Made by a program: the position numbers and the translations under genes. The notes under the pieces are model-generated. The model did no database searches. It saw nothing but the letters and a program-made list of their open reading frames with translations, and had not been told where the DNA came from. Positions 12,374 through 24,000 of a stretch of 64,000 bases of DNA are shown here, piece after piece. Position 1 is the first letter of the stretch. Every line of letters starts with the position of its first letter. The stretch spans positions 14,344,101 to 14,408,100 of the forward strand of contig NC_092677.1 in NCBI RefSeq assembly GCF_964355755.1. Reading direction: 5' to 3'. The stretch is from Antedon mediterranea (taxonomy: Eukaryota > Animalia > Echinodermata).

Positions 12374-12552
12374 AGCTTGGTTCCCACTAGAACGTAACGC
12401 AAGGACGTAAACGCAACGCAAGCGTTTTAACCAATGACAAGCGAAGTTATAGACAGTTAGCAATCACAAGCGAATAAGCCATCGCTTGTGATTTGTCAAT
12501 TCACTTGCGTTGCGTTACGTCCTTGCGTTGCGTCGCTAGTGGGAACCACGCT
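12374..12552. mobile_element. PIF/Harbinger-like MITE family A (best copy)
   Basis: TIR AGCTTGGTTCCCACTAG..CTAGTGGGAACCACGCT with TTA TSD on both sides. Other copies near 3144-3606, 8905-9506, 22011-22140, 23100-23445, 29105-29253, 34539-34650, 49160-49198. Confidence 0.85.
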
Positions 12553-13171
12553 TTAATAGGGGTTCTACTGTAAATAATAATAAATACAATAATATAAGGC
12601 GAGCTTCGTAGCATTTTTTATCAAATAAACAGGGCTAGAAACATCGTCATTTCAGTCCGTTTGATTGCATAGATCTAGTATTTCAACTTATGTAGATACG
12701 TTCAGTACACTGCGTGACCGTAACGCCAGGACAACTAATAATGCGTTTTGTCCGACGTCGTAAAATTAAATTATTTGCATATAAATAATGACGATTCTTT
12801 TTAAAATTAATTTATAAACTATATGTACACTACATATTCACAAGTACGATTTAAGCAACACAACTTTTATGCTTGTCGAAATAGGCTAAGCATCTGACCC
12901 AGGTGTTTGAGAGGGGTTTACAGTACCGTAGGTTGTGGTGAAGGTTATTTAGATGATAACGTAATTAACGCACCAGCCACCGATCGCCAATAAAATTTAC
13001 CGAATTGAGATACTTCTCTTGAATGTATTTAGGCCTAACTGAAGTAATTAAACACACCTAACCATTTCTTATTGCAAAATGCCCTGTTTTACTATTAATT
13101 GTTGAAAATTAGAATAGAATAAATGAGCCTTATAATTAAAGAACACAATATTATTTAATAATAATACTGAC

Positions 13172-13408
13172 TGTTCCGGAGATAATAAGACTGATAGAGG
13201 GCGCCAGATATTTGGTTGCCAGGAGGAATAGGAGGTGATTTGTACTGATGTAATGTTTGAACAGGGAGTTGTTAATATTATCTAATAACAACTCCCTGGT
13301 TTGAACACGTTCGAAGTTTATACGAAATAAAGTGACAGTATCTGTGAAATTCTTCCGTATTGAATTGAATTGAATTATAATTATGATGGTTGAGACTTCT
13401 CCATAACA
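13172..13408 (+). repeat. 5' LTR of the BEL/Pao element
   Basis: Direct repeat of 20450-20629, plus a 37-bp hairpin insertion and a TTGAA expansion. Confidence 0.93.
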
Positions 13409-15523
13409 TTTTGGTAGCAGAGCGAGGTTTGTAAAAAGAAAATATGGCCATGCCAATTAATACTTTGAGGAGGCAATTAGGCCAAAGATATCGATACATA
13501 AAAGACCTCGTAGAAGAGGCCCGGAGAGTACTCAACATAGACCTACCGCTAAGACTAGGCCTAGGCCCAGCAGCGATAAAGAAAAGCACTTATGTTGAGA
13601 TTGAAAAAAATTACAAACTTAAAAACGCTGTTGGTGAAGTTTGAAACATACACAGAAGTGAATAATAAATTACTAAATGAAGATCAAGAAAACGAAGAAC
13701 AGTTACGTGAGTACGAAGAACAATAATATGATAGTATCGAGAATATGATTGATGACACGGTCGCAGCACTTGCGGCACGTGAGAAAACATTGCTTACCCT
13801 GACAACCGAGTCTAGGCCCTATACTAATACTAGTAATGTTTTAGGAGGCAACACACATGAGTCTGTAATCAAAGCTGAACAATATAAACTGGAAAACGAG
13901 ATAGAAAAGCTAACATTAGAATTAGATGATGAGTTATCCCAACTGAATTCTATTACAGTACAGAAAAAACAACAAAAGGCCAACTCCAATAATATTAAGC
14001 CAACAGTTAAACGATCATCCATCTCAAAACTGGACTACACCTATAACTCATCATCCGTCTACTACTACACAAAATATAAACCAAATTCCACAATACATGC
14101 CAGTGCCGCCAATACATACAAGTACAACTACTAAACAAAGGGCAAGTGGACTCGAAACAGACACGCATTTCCAATGCAGCAATGGACCACAAATGCACAC
14201 GCATGTTCCTGCTCAACTCTCAGGGGATGCATGACGACTGCTCACACGTGTAAAGATACCACAGTTTGAAGGAGATAAAAGAAATTATGAATGTTGGAAA
14301 TCGTTTATGGCATGTGTTGACAATACAAACTCCACAGCAGAGTATAATTATTAAGACTAAGGGACAGCTTGGTAGGAGAAGCACTAAAGGTAATAGAAAG
14401 TTTAGGACATTCAGCCAATGCATATACAGTCGCAAAAGAAAGATTGGAACGAAAATATGGTCCAAGTTTCACCGTTGGGCGTTTGACAATGGATACACTC
14501 AAAACACAAACTCCATGAGAAAATTCATTAATCAAGAAGCAATGTTCTTAACTACTGCATGTGAGGCAGTTGATGGAATCGGGAAAGAAAACAAGAATAT
14601 CAGAACATTTGTAACAGATACAGAAACCAGCAAAACCCAAAAGACTTGGCGAGACTGTGTAGTCTGTGGTGAAGGACATGCACTATATGCTTGTTACAAG
14701 TTTAAAGAATTGAACGTCGATCAACGATGGAACAAAGTGAAAGAAGAAAAGGCATGCTTCTGTTGTTTAAGGGGAGGACATTTAAGAGACGAGTGTAAAC
14801 GAAGTAGAACATGTGGATTGAGAGGCTGTCGCCGAAAGCATCACCGTCTACTTCATGATCCAGATTACAACAAAAACCAAAACCGGACCTAATAACAACA
14901 TAGATGCCGATGATGAACCTTTAGTCACTCAAACTCATAATAATAATAACACCGCAGTCAGTCAGCATAGTCCATGTTCGGAAAATATGCAACCGAGTGC
15001 TAGCCCTGAAAATACGCTCCATAGTTTTGATCATGTAGATGAAAACCCAACAACCATGAAAACGGGACATAGTAGTGAATCTGTAGCTCTTCGAACGATA
15101 CCGGTATTTGTATGTAAAGGTCAGAAGAGAATTAAAATAAACGCTCTCCTTGATGAGGCAAGCAGCAACAGCTATTTAAATGCGGTTATAGCAGCAGAAT
15201 TAGGACCCGAAGGTCGCACGGAACGGGTGAGAGTTAATGTTTTAAATGGAGTACAAGAAACACTGGAAAGTTCTTTAGTTGAGTTGGGAATCGGCAGTCT
15301 TGATGGTAAAATAATGAAACAGATATCAGCATATACAACAGAAAAAGTCACTGGAAATATGCATGCAGTTGATTGGACCATCAAAAAACAGTAATGGAGC
15401 CATCTGAAAAATATTCCGTTCTCAAGAAGAGCAGAAAAAAAGTTCACGCTGCTGACTTACTAATAGGAGCTGACCAGGCCGAACTTATGTACTCAATACA
15501 AGAAGTAAAAGGAAATCCGGGAG

Positions 15524-16461
15524 GCGATTTTTTTTTTCGTACATAAGTTGGGGACCCCCTCATGAAACGTCACAAAATAAACATGAATAATTCATCAGTT
15601 AAATTTTCTTGTTCCGTGTGCACCCAAGCGTATAGCAACAAGAAGTGATTACACAAGTGCCGTACGATTCTAGGCCTATCTCCGCTGTTGTTGTGGCGTG
15701 CGATTTCATAGAAGAATAGCGGCGTTTTGTGTGGATTGTCGAAATAATCAGCCTTTAGTTTATGGTGTTTTTAATATAATTTATTACTAAAGAATTACGT
15801 GTTAAAATTATAGTTTCTTTTAATACTATTAGGCCTAATTATTAGTCTCTAAACCCCGCTCTAAACCCATGTCTATTCTAGTACTGTAGTAGCTGTGTGG
15901 GTGTATGTGAGGTGTGTGTGTTAGGTATGACCAAAGATAGTTACACTATCTTTGGTATGACACAATCCGAGTAATAAGTCAGCAAAATTAAACAATAAAC
16001 ATTACACAAAAATACATTTTTTATTCTCGTGAGTCAAATCTTCCCATCTCATGTGTTCATATATACGCGCATTTTTAAAGTTCCTTTGAGTACATGCATG
16101 TTGTTTGATAATAAAATAGCAGAATTAAAAAAATACAGTACACAATTATACACATTCTTTATTCTTGTGGGTCTAAGCTTTCTGTCCAATGAATTACTAC
16201 TTAGTTTAATGTCTTGCCTAGCTGTCCATTAGCCTCGACTCGACACATTTTGTGTGAAGAAGAGTGCGCGAAGGCAATCACGTGAATTGACTTAGAATCC
16301 TAGGCCTACTGTAGAAAGTATCGTATCGCAGTTGTGTAATCACTTCTTGTTGCTATACGCTTGGGTGCACACGGAACAACAAATTTAACTGATGAATTAT
16401 TCATGTTTATTTTGTGACGTTTCATGAGGGGTCCCCAACTTATGTACGAAAAAAAAATCGC
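15524..16461. mobile_element. Non-autonomous Mutator-like (MULE) DNA transposon nested in BEL pol
   Basis: About 140-bp TIRs starting GCGATTTTTT; exact 9-bp TSD ATCCGGGAG (15515-15523, 16462-16470). Removing it restores KGNPGEPIARLTPLGW. Confidence 0.9.
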
Positions 16462-18377
16462 ATCCGGGAGAACCGATAGCTAGGTTAACCCCACTTGGAT
16501 GGACATGTATCGGCAATCTGGGTAGTACACCAACAGAAATTGAAACAAACTTTACATTCTTCAGCAAGCCAAGTGACGAAATAACGAAGTTAATACATCA
16601 ATACTGGGATATACCAAACATACCAGAAAATATTCACACTATCAATCAAGACAAAAAAACAACCCTGGAGACGACTGAAAAATCACTGTCTTACCAAGAT
16701 GGCAGATATAGCATAGGTATCCCATGGAAGAGTGAAATCAAAACTCAGCAAATGCCAGACACCTATCCCGTAGCAGAACAGCTTCTTCGGAACACAGAAA
16801 AAAGGTTACTAAGATCACCCCTGCTGGCAAAATCATATGATGAAATAATTCAAAAACATCAGGAAAATGGGTATATCCGTAAAGTGCCGCCAGAAGAGAA
16901 AACCCCCAACAACGTATGGTATCTGCCTCACTTTCCCATTATACGTCCAGAGAAACAGACTACAAAGATCAGAATCGTATTCGACGCTGCAGCTCAAACT
17001 CAAGGTAAATGTATGAATGACTACATCTTTACCGGCCCAAAACTCCAGAATGATTTGATAAATGTAGTAGCTATTATGTGTGACATAACTGAAATGTACC
17101 TACAAATTCCACTTTCTACTGAAGACCGACCATATTATCATCGCTTTTTGTGGAGAGAGAATGACACAGCTCGAATTCCAGATGTATGAGTTTCAACGAG
17201 TAGTGTTTGGAGTCAATTCATCCCCATTTATGGCACAGTATGTAGTAAAAAGACATGCCCAGCGGTATTGTAACGAATTCCCGCTTGCAGCGAAAACAGT
17301 GCTCAAGAGTACTGTACATACATGGATGACAGCATGGATTCTACAACAAATGTAGAGACAGGGATACAACTTTATAAAGAATTATCACAGCTGTGGAAAC
17401 GAGGTGGAATGCATGCCAGAAAGTGGATATCAAACAAGATTGAGATACTTGAAATAATTCCACAAGATGATTGTCCTACCGAAGTTGACTTAGATAAAGG
17501 GGATCTTCCTCAGGTGAAAACTCTAGGCATTCAATGGTCACCTAAGGAAAATTATTTTACATTCAAAGTAAATACATCAGTAGTTGAAGGAATTACGTGG
17601 ACAAAAAGAGGATTTTTGAAGAGGATCGCATCATTGTTTGATCCTCTTGGACTACTTGCACCGAACCTCATTATAGCAAAGACTTTACTTCAAGAAATAT
17701 GGATAAAGGGGTGTGAATGGGACGACCCCCTGGATTTAAACATTGCCAATAAAGCAGATCAGTGGATTAAGAACCTCCAACAGCTACAAGATTTGCAAAT
17801 TCCACGTTGTGTACGCTATGATCAACAAACAAAAGATGAGCAACTCCATACATTTTGTGATGCATCGGAGAAGGCGTACGGAGCATGTGCCTACTTACTC
17901 TATACGTACATGGATGGAAGTCGTTCATGTGTTCTTGTGGCATAAAAATCTCGAGTAGCACCACTAAAAGCAGTAAGCATCCCAAGACTAGAGCTGATGG
18001 CAGCAGTTGAAGGACTTCAACTAGCACAGAAGATTGGTGAAGCCCTACAAATTGATCAACAGCAGTGGACCATGTGGTCTGATAGTATGGACACATTGTA
18101 TTGGATTAGGGGTATGAGCAGGAGGTTTAAGCCTTTTGTTGCCAATCGAGTAGGGTTAATCCAAGAAAGAACTGATCCTGCACAATGGAAATATGTACCG
18201 ACAAAAGAAAATCCAGCAGACTTGCTCACAAGGGGTATACAGGTATCAGATTTAGCCCAAGAAACTAAGTGGTGGAATGGACCAAACTTTCTGTTACAAG
18301 AAAATTCAGAGTGGCCTAAATGCAAAATATACGCAAACGTAGAGAACAATTGCGAAATGAAAACTTCGTTTAATGAG

Positions 18378-18523
18378 AACAAGGCCAACAGCCATTAAGT
18401 CGCGTGCTACAATGCATAGTGATACCGGACCGACAGACAGACCGACAGACCGACAAACAGACCGACAGACAGACCGACCAACCGACATAGTGAACTATAG
18501 AGTCGCGTCCACGCGACTAAAAA
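18378..18523 (+). mobile_element. Helentron/DINE-1-like non-autonomous element (HINE) nested in BEL pol
   Basis: AACAAGGCC start, GACA/GACC microsatellite, 3' hairpin AGTCGCGT-CC-ACGCGACT followed by an A-run; related copies at 1674 and about 45360. Confidence 0.7.
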
Positions 18524-20449
18524 TCAAGAGACATTTTTTGTTGTTGATAATCAATTTGCAAATAGTCGACTGGAACCTACGCGATATTCGTGTTGGACTA
18601 GATTGAGCAGAGTCTACGCAACCGTTATTCGTTTTCTACAAAACTGTAAATTACCTGTTACACATCGCCACTTCGGAGGAAATTGTAGAAGCCCAATGCA
18701 GACTAGTCAGGAAATTTCAAAGTGAGACATTTGGGGATGAAATAAAAGCTCTAAAATACAAAAAAACAAATTCTCCATGGATCCAAGTTACTACCATTAA
18801 ATCCAATGATTGATTCAGATGGCGTATTAAGGTGTAATGGCCGGATCCGATACAGTGAATGTATTGCCTGGGAAACTAGATACCCTATTATCTTACCGAA
18901 GATCATCATATCAGTCAATTTATAATAATAGATGCACATGAACAAGCATTACATTCGGGGACAAATTATGTTCTATCCCAACTGTCAAGGAAATACTGGA
19001 TTATATCGGCTCGAGAGGCAATCAGAAGCTGGGAGAAAGAATGCTATGAATGCAAAAAGAGAAACGCAAGACCAATTCAGCCAAAGATGGCACCACTTCC
19101 GAAGTATCGATTAGGCACATCTCTCCGTGCTTTTACCTAACATCTCAGTTGATTTTGGTGGACCATTCATCACAATACAGGGACGAGGAAGGGCAAGAGT
19201 GAAAAGATACTTGTGCTTGTTTGCATGCCTAGAGGTACGTGCAGTACATCTAGAAGTAGCTTGGAGCCTGGACACAGATTCATTTCTCAATGCATTTTTT
19301 AGAATGGCGTCAAGAAGAGGTATGCCTGAGCGTTCTATCAGATAACGGAACCAACTTCGTGGGAGGAAATAATGAACTAAAAGAGCTGAGAAACTTGGAT
19401 AATCATATAACCACCGACAAAACAGCAGCCCATGGAGTAAAATGGAGATTCAATCCACCAGGAGCGCCCCATTTCAGTGGAGTGCATGAAGTTATGATAA
19501 AAGCAGCTAAGCGGGCGATAAAAGCGATATTAGAAAACGCTGACATCACTGATGAAGAGTTAATCAGCGCCGTAATTGGACCGGAAGGACTGATAAACTC
19601 AAGACCTCTCCATGCTCTAACATACCAATCGGCAAGTCCTAATGATGTAATTCCTTTGACACCTAATCATTTTATTCACGGTCAGATAGGATCAGAGGGA
19701 AGTTTGCACCCGAAGCTGTAGATCGAACAAAATTTAATTTAAAAAAAACGCTGGAGAAGAGTACAAGAGCTGGTACGACATTTCTGGTGTCGATGGCTAA
19801 GAGAGTATCTGCCGGCTTTGAACTCTAGAAAAAAGTGGAATCGATCAACGAACAATCTACGAGTGGGAAATGTAGTGTTGGTCTACAGCCCCGATACACC
19901 CAGAGGAAAGTGGCCACTTGGTATAATTCAGAAGGTGTTTCCAGCTGAAGACGAACAAGTCCGTGGAGTAGAGGTGAAATTTAATGATGGGATCATAACT
20001 CTACCAGTCAATAAACTATGCCCACTAGAATGCACCGAGGAGCAGAACTGAACTTTGCTAATGAAAGAACTGTATAATTAACATTTTAATTTAGTAGCGT
20101 ATAATAAAAAAAATAATCAATACTAATAAAACTGGAAATGTCATGTACCGACGTCGCCATAATTAGGCCTATCAATGTTCTGTTGCCTAGTGTTGAGGTT
20201 TTGTTTGTTGTTAGTTACAAGATTAAACCGTAAAAATTGAATGCTATAGGTTTTCCAGCATGTTAAGTTAATAATAATACAGAATAGAAAAAGTAGTTAA
20301 AATTCAGTTACTAAAAAAGTATAAGATGATTTTGTTGAGACCAGTTTGCGTTAGGCCTACATTACGAATTTCTATAGATTTAGAAGTTGTTGAGAATAAT
20401 TTTTTGTTTTTAATTGAGTTTGACATCAGTCTGTCAAGAAGGGGGAGGA

Positions 20450-20629
20450 TGTTCCGGAGATAATAAGACTGATAGAAGGCGCCAGATATGTGGTTGCCAG
20501 GAGGAATAGCAGGTGATTTGTACTGATGTAATGTTTGAACACCTTCGAAGTTTATACGAAATAAAGTGACAGTATCTGTGAAATTCTTCCGTATTGAATT
20601 TAATTGATGGTTGAGACTTCTCCATAACA
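20450..20629 (+). repeat. 3' LTR of the BEL/Pao element
   Basis: Starts TGTTCC directly after the polypurine tract, ends CATAACA, followed by TSD CTGAC. Confidence 0.93.
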
Positions 20630-21095
20630 CTGACGATAATAAGACACTGGACGGAATGTTAAATTAATTAATTAGGGACTATTACTTGTTACTTGTTTGC
20701 ATAGCTATCCCCATTATTGGGGACATTTCGCCGTCATTGACATTATGTTGACCTAGCACAACAATGAGAGACATTAATTTTGATGAGAAGGTCATGGGAC
20801 ACTAATTAATTTTAAAACAACTAAAAATCTGAGACCTGTAATCCTTGGTAGGGACCATGACGGGTACTCTCCCTCCGGGTCAAAGGGATCCCGAAACTCA
20901 TCGGTGGGCAGGGGCGCTCATCTCCCTGTTCAGGACTATTCCTGATGATTACCCAACCTATTTACATTTAAAATTAAACATCAAGACATATAAATTAATC
21001 AACTTAACTACTCAACTGAACTACTGGACATAGTAGTTATCATTATTTATTATTACTATGCAATTGTTACGCAATACAGCTTGGAAATCTGGTTG

Positions 21096-24000
21096 CTAAA
21101 TATTGACGTCTTGTTGTTCCATATCCTCGATTTTGTTTTTGGATTTCGAAACTCGAACTTGAAAAAGGAAAAAAAATATATAAATTATTACATTTTAATT
21201 CAAATGTACTGATGATGATAATTTATAAATTATCACTATAAATGGAAAAACAATAGAAAACAATGTATCCCATTACCGTTTTCAACTTTTGTCGACTTCT
21301 TTCCCCTAAAAAATATAATAAATAAATAAAAATGAATTCAGATTGCTGCGTAGCATTTATTTATATTCCAGACAGCAATTTAATTGCAATCATTGCTTGT
21401 CAGATCCGAAAGTTCGTTGTTTGTCTACAAAGCATTGGCCTAAGACAACTTAGGGTAAGTTTACAGCTTTCGTTCTCTGCGGTTGAAATCAGTTATTACA
21501 GGCGATGATAGTAAACTGCATACTACGTGGGAGGTATTTTTTTTATCAAATGACAAGCATAATATAAACATTTGGTTTACCTGAAAACAAGGTACAATAC
21601 ACTGAATGCAGCGACAATAACGGCGATGACCACGATGACAATCGCCGCTATAACTCCGTCGGAGATGCCGCCGTCATCTTCATCTTCTTCTTCCTCAATT
21701 ACTAATCCTCTTTGTACTTGTTCTATCGGTACGCCGATAGCTGCCGAAATGTCATTTACGCTATCCGTAATAACGGCTAGTAGGGTGTCTTGGTCAAAAT
21801 ATACTACGTAATTAAGAGAAATAATAATCGGTGACTCATGCGAGTTCGATATTGTTAATATTGTTATGTCCATGCGCTGGACATTCGGACGTACTTCCTC
21901 GCTCTATTCCTTTAGGTCGAGGTGACCTGACAATCTAACAACAGGATGCTGAGCTCCGGAGGTCAAAGAGTTTATCTGTGGCTGTGACACGATCAGTTCC
22001 ACGCCCCTTAAGCTTGGTTCCCACTGGCGACAAGACGCAAGGACGTAACGCAGCGCAAGTGTGTTGACCAATGACGAGCGAAAGTTCGAATAATCCAAAG
22101 CTTTTGATTGGTCAACCCGTTTTCTAGTGGGAATCAAACTTTAACAGATACGCATGCCGCGGAGAATATGTAAATAGTAGAGTACTGTTGGTATTTGTCG
22201 CAGTCAGACATAAGATGAAAGGAGCTCTGTGTCTTGTTGTTAGAATGCTTTGACGTGACAATTCTGGATAGGTCGATTGATTCCTCCCTATTATTTGTAC
22301 AGTAACCCAACGATACATACATTAATTTTTTTTAATTAAAATACGAACCTACTACATCTCTCTTTATTCTTTGGTTCAGCAATCGATCAGTATCTCGTCG
22401 TTTACGATTACCAGAGGAGCTCCCGGCTGCACACAGTTCGTTGTCCATTTCGGGTACAGCGTAAATCAGAATGTTGAATGAACTTGGATCTATACTTACG
22501 GGAAACCCATCTCCTACGTAGATGTCGTTTGTATCTATGTAGTTGTACGTTCCATCCCTGAAACGAAGAACAAGAAGATTTCTTTTGTGGTATATAATTG
22601 ATGTACAACATGAAAAATGAATTAAATCAGATTTTGAATAGGTTTTTATGTAGTTTTAATAAAGTTAATCACCGGGAAAAATAATGTTTTCACTTATAAA
22701 ATGATTAAATTCAACCAAAAAGCCCATGGGCTGATCAAAGTGGATAACTATTATGTGACATTAAAATGGTATATTGAACAAAAAAATGTTTTAAGAATTT
22801 TTTTTTAAGGGGACAATGCATCTATAATGATTACGCCTTGGTATGTTTTTTTTTATTATGTTTTGTATTAATTGGGTTGTATGATAGCATTTTAAAAACG
22901 GTAATAACACATGATACAATATAGGCATTTCATTGTTGTTTTCTCACGGGCATTACCCAGTTTTTGATCCACTAGATGGACAGCAGGTTTGGTAATTTTC
23001 GTCCAAATTGCAATATTCGTCAATAGCTGTTTTAACGGCGGCTAGCAAATCTGATTCAATACTGCTCCACTGAAAGTAAAATACAATAAAACCTTCATTA
23101 GGCGTGGTTCCCACTACGGACGCAACGAAATTACGTAAGCGAAACGTAATCAAGTGACCAATGATTGGATAGTCCATCGATTGTGATTGGTCAAATGTTT
23201 TGCATTGTTGTTGCGCTTACGTCCTACCGATTACGTTGCGCCTCCAATTCATCTTACGTACATCTGATTCATTGGATCGTAAGCTTGGTTCCTAGAGACG
23301 CAGCGCAAGGAGGTAGACGCAAATCAAGCGAATTGACCAATAAACCGACAGTTAGCACAGCTAACATAACTTTGTGATTGGTCAACTCGCTTGTGTTTAG
23401 TCTACAGTACGTCCTTGCGCTGTGTCTTTAATGGTATCCAGGCTAGTATAATAATGTTATCTAAATTTTGAAAAAAGCTTTACATATATATAAATTATAG
23501 GCCTATAATTATTTTCGCTCATGATTAATATTGAATTGTTTACTCACCGCTGATATCTCGGCTGTGATAGTGATTTGGACACCGTTTTGAACTTGTTCTA
23601 CGTTTTCTGTAAGATCAAGTAAATAATTTTATAGTAAATTTAGGTCCTTTCCACCATAAGGGTTCGCCCCTGTTGCTTGACTGTGATGTATACAGTAATT
23701 TGTTAAATTGTACGTTTGTGTTTTAAATCGTAAAATCTAGGCATGTGTGTGTGAGACAGATATGTATTCTAAACTGATACTTTCCGTTTCTAGAGAATCA
23801 GACAGGACCTGATTTTCGATCTTCGGCGCATGAAATTTATTATAGGCCTACATTTCATGATTATGGCATAAATTATAACACAAGGGGCGCTATATAACCA
23901 CGTCATATTTTGTCGAGGGTTTTCCACAAGTAACAGCTGTGTAGCTTAAAGGTTAGACTTCAGGTTGTAAAAACCAGAGGGTATGTTTAACAGCTGAGAG

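Larger units (their letters stand above)
11902..12572. mobile_element. Tc1/pogo-like MITE hosting two younger MITEs
   Basis: CTATTAAGGGGACAC near 11952 pairs with GTGTCCCCTTA[MITE A]ATAGGGGTTCTACTGTA at the right end; left boundary uncertain. Confidence 0.5.
13444..20051 (+). pseudogene. Disrupted gag-pol of the BEL/Pao element
   Basis: Triple zinc knuckle in ORF 14266-14892; protease ALLDEASSNSY; PIARLTPLGWTCIG; RT WYLPHF..KIRIVFDAAA, YMDD; RNase H LHTFCDASEKAYG, NPADLLTRG; integrase [23 protein letters not shown]; C-terminal WPLG. Split by many stops, frameshifts and insertions. Confidence 0.93.
13172..20629 (+). mobile_element. BEL/Pao LTR retrotransposon, full-length but degenerate
   Basis: 5' LTR 13172-13408 and 3' LTR 20450-20629 (TG..CA). 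5-bp TSD CTGAC at 13167-13171 and 20630-20634. PBS TGGTAGCAGAGC 13412-13423 (tRNA-Met-like). PPT AAGAAGGGGGAGGA 20436-20449. Domain order gag-PR-RT-RH-IN. Confidence 0.96.

Noticed and set aside
15172-18488. Minus-strand ORFs within the BEL element, and similar antisense ORFs in the LINEs
   Set aside because: Shadow ORFs opposite transposon coding sequence with no recognisable domains.
21804-21905. Upstream extension of the TM exon (ORF 21577-21873 as given)
   Set aside because: The acceptor at 21805-21804 has a better pyrimidine tract and matches the phase of the previous exon.
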